From positions 186,001 through 250,000 of the forward strand of contig JAMDHS010000003.1 of assembly GCA_029717555.1 (NCBI GenBank): a DNA stretch of 64,000 nt. The letters run 5' to 3'. Origin of the DNA: Peribolospora baueri. Its lineage: Eukaryota. Made by a program: the position numbers and the translations under genes. The notes beneath the pieces were generated by a model. It was not told the DNA's origin and did not search any database. It worked only from the letters and a program-made list of their open reading frames with translations. Numbering within the stretch: the stretch's first letter is position 1; the number at the start of each line of letters is the position of its first letter. This document shows positions 1-11,894 of the stretch, one piece after another.

Positions 1-770
1 TCGACGATGACCATGACGGGGCGCGGGATGATCCGTCTGAACAGCTCGTTGATCTCCAGATCCGACGCGCGCAGCTTTGGGCCGGTGTGATACCAGCCGA
101 CTATCTTTTCTCGGGCTGGAGAGGTGAGGCCGGATTTGAGAGAAGACAGGGGCAAAATGGGGACGCCCAAGTTTTAAGCAAAAGGTCTCCTTCATAGTAG
201 CCCGAACCACGGGCACACATCATCACGTCCTCAAAATAGTACGACCGAATCATACGCGCATTCTTCCCCGCCAAACGTCTACTCACCGTTCACCTTCTTA
301 AACATTCCAATCATGCCCTCAATGAAATCATGGTCGAGAAACCAAGTCCTGGGGTCTTTCTCGTCTTCCTCGAAGGGAACGGCAAACGAGTTGGCCACGT
401 TGATAGTTTTGCCGTTGTCCTGGCCTAGCAACACGCCGACAACGCGCTTTCGGGAACCTGAGCGGGCTGCGTGGTCGGCCTGTGAGAGGGAGAGGGAAAG
501 ACGAAGGGTCGCGCAGGCTGGTGAGAAGAATTGGGTGATAGGAGAAGAAGCGCATAGGGGAGCCGTCCGAGGCACAGCACTCACAACAGATAGGAGAACG
601 AGAGGGTGAACTATGACGGTTGTGCTCGAGAGAGCGATCGTCTGCACACAAACGGAGCGCGAAGGAAGCAGAGAGAGCATGAACGAGCGTCACAGAGACG
701 AAGTCTGTCTGCCCGAGACGAAGCGCGGCAGCAGACGACGACCTACCTCCTCTGTTGTTGCGGCAGGCAT
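1..770 (-). CDS. RPN8: 26S proteasome lid subunit Rpn8/PSMD7 (MPN domain); 5' part only, continues beyond the left edge
   Basis: Spliced exons read MPAATTEE / [20 protein letters not shown] / [63 protein letters not shown] / [26 protein letters not shown]; classic Rpn8 motifs with GT-AG introns. Confidence 0.95.
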
Positions 771-1204
771 GTCTATCAAAGCAGGTCTGCCTCCGTCAGC
801 TGTCAGAAAAAAGGCAATTGAAGGGGCGAAGGGGCGAAGGAGACGAGCGCTGGATGCTGGAGGTCGATGATGAGCGATGGCAATCAAGCACTCTCCAAAG
901 TGATCGATGCCGCGCGGCCTGTCCCTCCATCCATCTCCGCTTATCTCCCGCCTTCCCCGTCCAGACGGCCGCGTATGCTCTCCGATCACACCTCAGAGGT
1001 CGACCACACCTCTCATCACCCGTCTCCCTCCTTCCACCACCACTTTCCCTCCCCTTTCCTAATACCTGCCTTCGGCCGTGCTCCTTCACTCAGCGAGCAA
1101 GCACCGCAACCGAGTTGTAAACCCTTTTGTTTTGGCCGACAGGTTCGTTGCGCGACGATCATTTTGGCAGCAAGAGATCCAGAGAAGAGAAGAATTGATC
1201 AGCC

Positions 1205-2983
1205 ATGTCAAGGTCTTACGATCGCGGTACGTACTTTTTCCGCCTTTGCGCCCCCTCTTTCTTCGTTAAACGTGGAACAACCCGCGAGGGAGAGATTTGA
1301 GCTGATCAACGCCTTGATCTGCTCGTACTTACTCTCCGATCGCCAGCCCTCACGGTCTTCAGCCCTGACGGACACGTGAGTGAATTACGTCTCCCGTCCT
1401 TGTTAGAGGTGGGAGGTGACGAGTACGTCGAAGCATGGATGCGCTGACACACCTTATCCGTATGCGCGTACTTTCTCATTGCACTTATTGCGCGATCTTC
1501 GTCGTAACAGCTGTTCCAGGTACGTTTGCTTCTGAACGGCCTGTCTCGATTGGTCGGGCAGCGCGGCACTTGCGCTTGTGCTGAATGCATTTCTGACGTC
1601 GGTTCATTTTCTCCGTTGCCTTATAGGTTGAATATGCGCTGGAAGCCGTGAGGAGGGGCACTTGCGCTGTGAGTGGCTGTGTCCTGTCGCGCATCTGTTT
1701 TGGCCTCATAACTTACTTTTATTTTTTTTTGGCTTCCCTTTCATTCCCGGTCTTGCTCATGATCAGGTCGGTGTCAAGGGAAAAGACGTCGTGGTGCTGG
1801 GTGTAGAGAAGAAGAGCGCCCTGCAGCTGCAGGACCCTAGGACGGTGCGCAAAACGGCCATGCTCGACGACCACGTCTGCTTGGCTTTCGCTGGTCAGTA
1901 CATGGACGCGGTCAGCTCGCCCAAGATGCGACTGGGCTTCTGTTCCGCTGGTATCCCTCTCTTACCTTTTGCTCCCTTCGACTTGCTTGTTCTGTTTGCC
2001 CGCGCCCCCTGCGCAGGCTTGACGGCCGACGCGCGCGTGTTGATCGACAAGGCGCGGATCGAGTGCCAGAGCCACCGACTGACTGTCGAGGATCCCGTGA
2101 CTGTGGACTACATCACTCGACACATCGCCGGTATCAAGCAGGTCCGTTCTCATCCCCGTCCTCTGTGTGTCCTCCTGAACAGCCCATCGGCGGGAAGTGC
2201 CCCGCTTACCCTTGTTCTGCTCCTTCTCTAACGTGCCGCGATCCTAATGGCAGCGCTACACCCAGAGTGGAGGTGTCCGCCCTTTCGGCATCTCGACGAT
2301 CATCATCGGCTTCGACGCCAATGAGAACATCCCCAGACTGTACCAGACCGAGCCGGGCGGCATATACTCTGCATGGAAGGTGCGTAGATTCATCATCCTT
2401 CCGTTCTTCCTCGGCACGGGTCGGAGCCCAGTGGCGGATCCTAGGTCTTTGGTTGGCAGGTGGGTCGCTGATGTGCGATTGAGATGCCTCCTCTCACTTG
2501 TCCGCCCTTCTCAGGCATGCGCCATCGGCCGCTCGTCCAGGACGGTGCGCGAGTTCTTGGAAAAGAACTACAAGGAGGACGCGGACAGGGACGAGACCAT
2601 CAAACTGACCGTTAAGAGTCTCCTCGAGGTCGTGCAGACGGGCGCCAAGAACATGGAGCTGTGCGAGATGAGCGGCCATGGCGTCGTAAGGGTGAGTTTA
2701 GGCATCCGCGGGGCCACCCACATCCCCGGTCACCTTTCTGAGCTCTTTAGTTCAATTCGTGGCGCTACGACGTGTATCTCTGCTCTTGCTTACGCGTGTT
2801 CGCCGGTTTCACTTTCGGCCTTGCGTCGAGCAGAACCTGGAACTCTCCGAGATCGAGGCGATCGTCGCGGAGATCGAGAAGGAGAGGGAGGCGGAAGCGG
2901 AGAGAAGGCGGACCCGCCTCGCCGCCACGGCACAGGCCTCCGCTTCCATGGTGGCCACAGAGCGGGAGCCTCCGAGCTCATGA
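1205..2983 (+). CDS. PRE6: 20S proteasome alpha-4 subunit (PSMA7), multi-exon
   Basis: Exons join to [51 protein letters not shown]...[35 protein letters not shown]...[11 protein letters not shown]...[17 protein letters not shown]...[17 protein letters not shown] ends at 2983. Confidence 0.95.
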
Positions 2984-3191
2984 ACGAGGCGTCGTGCGGG
3001 CGGGTGTGAATGGAGTGAGATTTCGATGTACGCTGAAACACGATGATCGAGCGTAGATGCATTTGAAGGGACAGGACGACTTGTGATGCTCGTCGAACGC
3101 CACGTCACGTCAGGACAGATAAAAAAAAATTAAAGTACACGAAAGACGACGAGAGAGGAAACGGAGCCGCCAGCGGGCCGGATGGCTTAGC

Positions 3192-6100
3192 TCAGGTGGA
3201 TGACCGTCGGCCTCTGGATTTGGCCAGGCTGCTCATGGTGGCGGCGAGGAAAGCGTCGAGGCCTTCGGCGCCGCGCGCTGCGAGATAGTCCAAGAGGGCG
3301 GAGCGGAACGCCGGGTAGGGAATGGAAGGTCCGCCGGCCTGAAAGCGAAGGAGGGGTTAGAGACGAAGAGAGACTCATCGGGTCAGGTCAGGTCAGGTCG
3401 ATCTCATCATGGATGGCCAAGCGAAGGGAAGGAGACGTGGGCGGCGAGCGGGACCGACTGGGATGGGCGCAGCGGCGTCGTCGTCGTCACTCACGTCTCT
3501 GACTTCTTTCAAAGTCGCCGCCGTCACTCCGGGAGCGACGCGAGGGGGCTTGGCACCGGCCTCGACGCACTGGTGCTGGAGATGAGATGAAGAGAAGAGC
3601 GTTCATGGGATGTCAGACAGTAGAAAGAAGAAAAAAAAAAAAAAAGGAAGGACGCCGCTGGCAGAAGCCCAACCTGGCCGCTCTTCCATGCGACGAGGCG
3701 ACGAAGTGGAGGTAGGACAGAGGAGAGCAAAGGCAAATCCCGTGACCGCTCAACTGACCTCCAAAGACTTGGTGGCGAGGGCGGCGAAAGCGGCGCCGTG
3801 GGTGACGGAGCCGAAGTGTCCCCAGCTGTCGCCCCTCCCCTCCGCTTGCTGGCGAAGCTTTACGAGCACCCGGCTATAATTGCGTGCGTCGCCCGCCGGC
3901 GGAGGGTGCCGGTGAGGTCAGTACGTTGGGCCGAGGGAGGAGCACGAGCGACGAAATGAAGGATGTTGTCGAGAACTCACGGCGGCACTCCAATCTCTGC
4001 AGCGCCGGCCTCAAGGGAAGCGAGCGCCTTGCCTCTCCAGAGCAGGTCGCACATGGCGATGACGTAAGCATTGAGCAGATCCTTGTTCTTGCGCGAGAAG
4101 AGCTCGGCTCGAACGTCGGCCAAGGATCGCTCCTTCGACGGCGCAGTCACCTCGTTCGCTTCGAACGCGGTTCGGAGGCTTTCCAGGTCGGACGGGAGGG
4201 GAAGAAGGGCAAAGAGAGCGAGAGGGAACGGGGAGAGCGCGCACGGGCCCGTCAGCGCCTCTCTGCTCGGCGCGGCGATCTTCACCTGAAATCCTCTCTC
4301 ACCTGAGCAATGCACCGCTCATTCTGGAAATGGGCATGACCGAAGGCTGCAAGACGCTGACCAGAACGGCTGTCGCGGAGGGGACGAGGGTGCGATGAAG
4401 ACCAGGAAGGGGCGCGACGGCTTCGTAGAACGCGAGGGCGGCGTGATGAAGAAGGATGCTCGTGTGATTGTCCTTGAGGGAAGGAGGAGGAGACGGTAAG
4501 GGGTCATTCGCTTCTCCCCCAAGCCGGGCATCTCATTGTTCAGCGGAAATAGGCAGGTCCGACACTCACGTTCAGCATGGACTCGGCCATTCTGTCCACG
4601 TGCCGAACGACGCTGTCCAAGCAGCGAACATAATCGACGTCCGCGGGCCACGACGAGAACGTGATGGGACTGCTAAAGGACTCGACACGACGATCAGCCC
4701 GACACTGCACCGACTTGAAACAAACGCGCGAAGAAATAAAAACGCGCGAAGAAACAAACGCGCGAAAGAAAAAGAAAAATGAGCTGCCGAAACACTCACG
4801 TCGGCTTGCCCTGCTCCTTGGCAGAGAGGATCTTGACCCAATTCGCCGTCGTCCAATTCCTGAGCATTCGAGTGAGCGACCACAGCAGGTCAGCCTTCCA
4901 TTCTGGCGAAGCAGTTTGAGCGAGCTTTTGAAGCGGTCCGAGGATCCTGTCCAAGAAAACTGCAATGAATGAAGGAATAAAGGTGGGGAAGGGGGATGAA
5001 TTGGGAGAAAAAGCAAGTCAATCCAAAACTGGAAGGTGTATCGTAATTGACGGCAGCAGTGGGCGATGATTAGCCACCTTTGTCCCCCGTAGGTCTGTGC
5101 AATGCCAACAAGTCAAAGATGCGCTCATGGTGTGACCGTCCGTCCCAGGTTCGGAAAAGGTCCGCCAAGAACCACTCCAAATCGGGGAGGGTCTCCTGGC
5201 AAAGTCGAAAAGGTATGGTGGTCATTACGATGGACGGACGGGCCTTCGACTGCTACACGACCGACCGACGTCCGAGGCGGCTCACCCTGCTGGAGCGACA
5301 AAAGGCGATGACGCGTCCGAGGAACTCGTCCACGCGGGCATGAGTCAAACGGGACGACGAGCGGGCATTTTCGAACTCGTCCATGAGCACGGAGAGAATC
5401 CAATTCCCAATGCGGGCCAGGTGGGATTCTAGTCAAAGGGAAGATAGGCGGCGGGAGCGTCGGCTCAGAAGTGGCAGACTTGGGGACGCGTTCGCGAGGG
5501 GACGGCGGACATACCTTGTGGGTCGGTGAGGATGAGATGTCGCACGAAGCGGTCGTCGAGGACGGACGCCAACTGAGACGGCAACTCCAATTTGTCCATC
5601 CTCCGTGCCAGGTTCTGCAACCCCGTCATTTCCGTCACCAATGTGGACGACTGGCAAAAACAACGGAAAAGAAGGCCGACGACATTGAACTTTTGGATGA
5701 GCGGTTTTAAAAGCGACCGGACCGGACCGACCATAGAGCCGTCGCGTTGGGGCTCACCTCGCTAGCGTTCAGAGTGTAAGGCCGAGGAATGGCGACATGC
5801 ATCCTCTTGCTGCGTTTCGCCTACGATGCGAGGCGTCAGACGAGCATGTTCCCAACATCTGCGAACTCATTCGCGGCGAAACATAACTCACGGCCCTGCC
5901 TCCTGGATTCTCCTCTTCGTCGCCACCTCGTCGGCCCTCCGGGTTCTGGATCTCCCTCGCCTTTTCGAGCCATTCGCGATCCGGGTACTGTAGGAAAGCG
6001 GGACGAGTCAAGCGATCAGGATTTGGTCACGTAAGAGAGGAAAAGAAGCAAATAAGACGGAGGGGAAAGGTGCGCACCTTGAAGGCAGCGAGCCTCCTCT

Positions 6101-7475
6101 CCAGCCCGACACCAGTGACCGCCTTGCCGCCGCCGCCACCTCTGGCGACGACCTCTGGAAGGACCAAAGAGGGGTAAAAGTCGCTATAGACGCCGAGAAG
6201 GCCGGAGATGGAAGGGTCGTCGCCAAGTTTTGCGCGCATGGCAATCCTGGGAGAGGGCGGGACGAGCGAGGGACGACAAGTGAGACAAGACGACACCGGA
6301 CAGGCGGACGGTGAGCAAGGGGAGAAGGTAACAAGAACGCGGCTGAGGAGAGGATACATGATCTCACAATCGGGAGATGCGGAAATGCTTGACGTGATGA
6401 CGGCGGGTGAGACGGGCGAGGAGATGGCACAGATGGGGCCTGTGTGCGACGTCGGTGAGATCGGAATGGGGATCGGAACGGTGGTGTCCATCCTTGACGA
6501 GCGTCAACGGCGAGAGTGCGGGACCGAGTGATGGAGATCAAACGTACGCACCGCAAAGTCTGGTATTCGATGTGATGGAACAGAACACCGTAGAGACGCT
6601 CCAGTGCGCGTCTCGCCCGCGCCGTAAGCATGGGGGGGTTTGGGGCGAGGAGGAGGACGAGAAAGCGAAGCGCTGTGGCCTGGGCGGCGCAGACGATGGG
6701 GACCAGTCGGCTCCTTGCAAGCGTCAGCGGCCGCCAACTCGTTTCACGGCGGGCGAGAAAAATACGAGGTAAAGGGCGAGAGAGGGACAGAAAGAGCTCA
6801 CCTGAACCTTCACATCCGCCCTTTCCCTCCTCTTCCCCTTGCCTTTCTCGTCTGGAGAAGAACCCAAGCCGCCGAGGACGGCGAGAACGACGTCTTCGTC
6901 CATCATCGTCCGCGGCAGGATGAGCTTGATGGCGCGGCTGGAGAGACCATCGTCTGAGCAAGGGAAGGAAAGCGGAACGAAGCATGGAGGGGTACGATCA
7001 GCGATGAACTTGGTCGCCGCACGTATGCGCCGAGGACAGCACGGGCGGGCGCCATCCACCGACGCCGTCATCTTTACTCACCCATCCTTCCGCCCATCGC
7101 AACGCTCACGACCCTCGCAACCTGCTGCGAGTTGAATCCATGCTCATCCACAAGGTCGGACAAGTCGGAAAGGGTGTCTTGGACCTTGGACCGGTCGGGC
7201 TTGGTGGAGGAGGAGTAGACTTGGAGGAGGAGGAGGGGAGGGGGTACATATGAGCACTTTTAAACAGGCCAAGTTTAAAAAAGGCGCGGTCGAGCAAGAT
7301 CTCAAAAGAGCCCCGGGGAGGCCGGACCATCGTCGTGGAGCGCTACATCCAACTCGACCTCCCGCAACCCCACTCCCCATCCTTACGAAACCAAGCAAGC
7401 GCCCACCTCACCTGTCTCGAGCCAATCGATCGCCTCGTCGATGCGATCGTCCGGCGTGGGCGACGACGAGGACAT
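3192..7475 (-). CDS. Inner kinetochore protein Mis6/CENP-I/Ctf3-like, many exons
   Basis: Reconstructed pieces: MSSSSPTPDDRIDEAIDWLET / ...DTLSDLVDEHGFNSQQV..., QATALRFLVLLL...LERLYGVLFHHIEYQTLR, LLNAYVIAMCDLLWRGKAL and a C-terminal GGPSIPYPAFRSALLDYLAARGAEGLDAFLAATMSSL, which resemble fungal Mis6 motifs (NGYxMDxCNLLWRxRA; YRxxVLxxLxxRGxxGxxxxxxxTM). Internal exon boundaries are only partly resolved. Confidence 0.7.
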
Positions 7476-7646
7476 GTGCGGTCGTCGTCCTCTCAGGCTC
7501 AGACAGGAGGGAAAAGCGAGCCGAGCCGCAGGACGTGTGGGCTGGGTGGTGGGTGGTGTGTGATGTCGGATGTGGGTGTCGTCTGTGTCGGGTGGGTTTC
7601 AAGAGGACAATGTGGTGTCTGCCGATCGGAGTGGTGATCGGGGCAG

Positions 7647-7725
7647 ACGCGTCAAACACGCGTTCGTGTCCCGCGTAGAACAACGCATAATAGTAATAAA
7701 AGTCATGTTCGCTTTGCGACCGCGT
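7647..7725. promoter_or_regulatory. Cluster of MCB (MluI cell-cycle box) elements upstream of the Mis6-like gene
   Basis: ACGCGT at 7647-7652 and 7658-7663, plus CCGCGT at 7671-7676 and 7720-7725, about 170-250 bp upstream of the ATG at 7475. Confidence 0.5.
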
Positions 7726-8258
7726 ACAACGCCAAATCGTCTTTTGCAATCCAAGGCGACCACACCCGGTCGGTCCTACCCCATCCGCACAACTGACGAC
7801 CGACCGACCGCACAGCGAGGACTCACTCACTTCGATAGACAAGCTCGACGGCAAATCGGTCTACTTACTCTAGCTCTACTACACGCGGCGTCGGATCGAA
7901 CTCAACTTGGTGACCGCGGCCCAAGGTGAAGGAAGGATGGCGGTCGGGAGGGGCAGTAAAGGGGGGGAATGCGATACGTAGGGGACGTATGTATGTAATG
8001 TATGCGGAGGGGGAATAACGTTCGCGGCCCGACGTATTGTACGTATGCATGGATGTGTGTTTGCGTGTGGCCGATGCGGGCCGTCGTTCGCTCGTACAAG
8101 TGCGTGGAGGTAGGTGCGCAAGACAAGGACAGGAAGAGGACAAGAAATCAACGAAAGGGGGTGGGAGAAGGAAAAATGAGGAATGGACGCATCCTCGCTG
8201 CCCTCATTTGGGCTTTTTTTGAATAGCCAAACCGTTTGCAGCACGCAAGCCGCGGGTT

Positions 8259-11007
8259 CTACGCCCTCGCGTCATTCACCGCCTCCGCCGGTGGCGTGTC
8301 GCGCGCATAGAACAGCAGGTAGGCGAGACCGTCATGCGCGGGGCCAGAAGGGCTCGGGTCGGCGACGTCGACCTGCACGCTGGCCTCAGGAACGGGATAG
8401 ATGGCGGTGTCGTCGATGTGGATCCAGTCCTCCCTGTTCTGCCGCAGCACGTCGACAGTGTAGTGGCCTCCGCTGGCGTACTTGCCGTGGTGATAGACGA
8501 CTGAAGGCCGTTAGCGAGTTGACAGGCGGGGAAGAACAGGATCAGCGAGGATGAAACGGCGAGCGGCGAGATTGCGGACTGCGCGAGCTAGAGGACGCTC
8601 ACCTCCAAAGAGCCTGTATCGGGCCTTTTGCTCTCCGCGCCGAGCTGGAGAGATGACGTCTGGAACAGGGGAGGAAAGGGCGCGACAACCAGACGGCCAG
8701 GTCAGCTTGCTCGCATACCTTGACATCAAGCGCATATACGCTCGACCGAAGCGGAACGCAGCGCACCAGGTTTGATCTCCAGCGTGGTCCCGTACCCGAT
8801 CACCTTCTGATTTTTGCCGACGCCTCCCACGTTATCGAAGATGAAGCGCTTCAGATGGAGGATGAGGATGGGCGGCAGCGTCTCAACGAAAACCTGCTTG
8901 GTCGCGTCGACGGGCACGCCGTACGCGGGCGAGTAGACGTCGTGGATCGTCTCGGGAACGGTGAGGTTGGCGAGCGCGTCTTCGATCGTGCGCACGTGCT
9001 CCGGCTGGATGTCGAGCTGGAGCGGCTGGTACGGCTCTAGCGTCACGCTGTCCTTCTGGCCGGGACACTTGAGCACGGAACGAAGGCGGCCGCCGAAGAT
9101 GCGCGTTATAGGAGACTCGGAGGTTTCGGTCTGACGTGCGTGGCGGTGGTCGTCAGTCAGTCATGAAAAGCGAAATATGCGCGGTCCAGAGCGCGAGACT
9201 CGACCCACCGTTCGCGTATAGCTCGTCTTGTTCTTCGGCCCCACCTCCATCCACCCATCACTGGGCGACCTCGGTCGCTCGATCTGCCTCGCGTCGTCGT
9301 CGTCGTCGCTCGCTGGCACGTCATTGGCGGAGCCGACGGCGTCCTTTTTGAGCGGGCCATAGCGAGAAGCGGAACGCCGCAAGGCGGACAGAAGCTCCTC
9401 GTGGAGAGTGTCGAGGAAGAAGCCGAGAAACTCCTCGGCGTCCTCTTGGTGACCTCTCTGGGAAGGCAAGAAGCGGGCGGGCCATACGTGAGCGCCACAG
9501 GCGGCGAACGGGGGTACGAACGACGACGACCGGGTGGGGACGTACTCTCATGGTATCGAACCGCTTGGTGAGCTTCATGGCGTCGTACACAAACTCCGGC
9601 ACGAAGGCCTCGGAATACTGCTGCTCTCGCAACGGGTCCACCGCAGTTCCCGGCGGCGACGGCTCCACCGGGGTGAATTCGCGAAGAAAGTGAATGCTTT
9701 ACGAAGGGAGAGGACGAAGGGGGAAGGAGATGAGAGAGGGGAACGAAAAGAAAAGGGCCGCAGGTCATGTGTCCCTCGTGGCACTCACACAGCGTCCATA
9801 AGCGGCGTCCTGCTGGCAAAGTCGTGAGGAACCTCGTCGGCGATCCTGATGAAGAGGTTATAGAACGGGGCACAGTAGACGAGGGATTGGAGGATCTGCG
9901 CAAGAAAGAGGGGAAGAGGGATGAGGGGACGAGCTGAAAAGACAACTCAGGTCGAGGAGGGAGACGCACGGCGTTGGCGAAACAGAGATTGCCCTGGTTT
10001 ATAAGGCCGCGGGGGTGGATGAGGGGGGCCTCAAAGACGGTGTGCACGTCCTGGACGGCACCCTGGAGACCGTGTGCTCTTGGCTTGGAGGGAGCAGCGA
10101 CATGGCCGTTGGTCGGCGGGGCCCCTTTGGAGGAAGGGACGGCAGGGCTGGTCGGCGCCGTCGAGGAAGAGGAAGCAGAAGGCGGCGCGGCGGCGCTGGC
10201 GTCGCTCTCGGACCGCGCGAGCGCGCTGGCAGGGGTGGAGGCGGCAGACGGAGCGGCGGCCGACTCGGGCTTTTTCAGAAGGTCGGCCCACGACCTGGGT
10301 TTGGCTTTGGGAGCAGGGGGTGGCGTCGGGGAAGGAAGGGAAGACACGGGCGAGGCGGGAGCGGTGAGGAGGGGCAGGACGGCGTCGGAGGATGGCGTCG
10401 GGGACGAGGGGACGGTGGAGGGAGCGGGCGTGGCGAGGGAAGAGGAAGCAAGGGAGCGTCTGGGTGATGTGGGCGCGATGGAAGGAGGCGGGGACGGGGC
10501 GTCGAAAGATAATCGAGAGGAGGGCGAGGCAGAGGGTGGTTGTTGGAGATGTGGTCGGTGTTCGCCGAGGCGGTCTATCGGCGCTTTCAAGCAGCTCGAG
10601 ATGGTGACGGGCGGCGCGGCGGCGGGGTCGGGGTGAGGGCGGGTGGCGAAGGCGAGGGCGTAGCCGTAGGGGACGAGCACGGTGGCATAGGGAGGCACAT
10701 CGGAGCGACGTCGGCTCGACGGGGGGGGTCTTGTGCGATGGGAAGGCGGCGGAGAGGGAGACTTGGCGAGCTGGCGAGGCGACCTGTGGCCGAAGGAGCG
10801 GACGGAGACGGCGGGGATGGTGGTGGTGGTGGTGGCGGTGGAAGCGGGCGATGGGAGCGAATTGAGGGTGACCATGGAGGTCGAGGGCAAGGAGGCGGCG
10901 TCCGTGGCGTCCGTGGAGGGGGAGCAAGAGACGAAGTGGACAGAGGAGCGACGACGATGGGCGGCCGGGTCCTGGGCGGCGCTTGGCGGTGGTCGTGTGC
11001 GGTCCAT
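8259..11007 (-). CDS. UBP3: Ubiquitin-specific protease Ubp3/USP10 (peptidase C19) with a long Pro/Ser-rich N-terminus
   Basis: Cys box PRGLINQGNLCFANAV; QEDAEEFLGFFLDTLHEELL; EPYQPLQLDI; LPPILILHLKRF; His box YHHGKYASGGHYTVDV...WIHIDD...AYLLFY. Start codon uncertain. Confidence 0.88.
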
Positions 11008-11116
11008 GGTACAAACAGGAGGAGGTGTGTTGAGTTTTGCTTGGTTGGCGCTTGGGTCGCCCGTCCCGACAATTCAGGTAACGTCTCTTCTCGTCACGGT
11101 ACGTTTCTTCTCGTCA

Positions 11117-11200
11117 CGTCTCTTGTCTTGTCTTGTCTTGTCCGTCTTGTCTGGTCTTGTCTTGTCTTCTTTCTCGTCTCTTGTCTTCTCGTCTTGACTT
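11117..11200. repeat. (GTCTT)n degenerate microsatellite
   Basis: Run of gtctt/gtctg units in the UBP3 / R3H intergenic region. Confidence 0.8.
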
Positions 11201-11894
11201 GTTTGTCTCGTCCTGGCAGAGCGGCGAAGAGGATGGGTATTGAAGGAGGGGCGGTGGACTTGGTGGTGGACTTGGTGGTGGAAGTAGAAGTCGATGGTGG
11301 AAGATGGAAAAGATGAATCCGACTCGAGGCGATCGGACGAGCGAGAAGACTCACAGCCAACCAACCCGCCAGCCAGCCAGCCGTCCCGTGTTCTGGGCCG
11401 ACGCAGTTCCCACGCACCGACGCCGGCCTCGCTTGCTCGCTCGCGCTGGCTGCATTCACTCTTCGTCGTCGCCATCGCCATCGCCATCACCATCATCACC
11501 ACCATCATCCCCTTGTCCAGGTCAGCTCACCACCACGCAGCCCACACAGCCCACCACAGCTCCACTCCAGCCCTCCCTTCCAAGGCGCCCCCCCTCCGCG
11601 TCGCCCCGCCATGCCCGGCCAACGGTAGTAGCAGTGCGTGCGTGCTACATTCTCCAGTCGCCTCGAATTCCGGCCATCGTCGCGACCTGGCTTCGCTGCA
11701 AGAGCTCGACCACCTCTCCTCCAACGCCACTCCACGCCGCCAGTGGGGGGTCAGGAGGGCAAAGGAAGGAAGGAAGGAAACAAGACGGAGACGAAACGAA
11801 ACGAAACGAAGACGAAAACGAAATCGAAAACGAAGACGGACAAGAGGAAGGACGATCGCGATCACCACCTCACCCTTCGCCGCCCTCGCCCGCC

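Noticed and set aside
771..1204. Rpn4 PACE element in the proteasome promoter
   Set aside because: Only weak partial matches such as GATGGCAAT; no GGTGGCAAA on either strand.
6008..6985. Long ORFs overlapping real genes (e.g. 325 aa at 6008-6985, 389 aa at 11294-12463, 543 aa at 43638-45269)
   Set aside because: They are intron read-through, off-frame or antisense shadows of spliced genes in GC-rich DNA.
1..11007. UBP3 as a third member of a ubiquitin-proteasome cluster
   Set aside because: It is separated by the Mis6-like gene and Ubp3 is not a proteasome subunit; chance proximity is sufficient.
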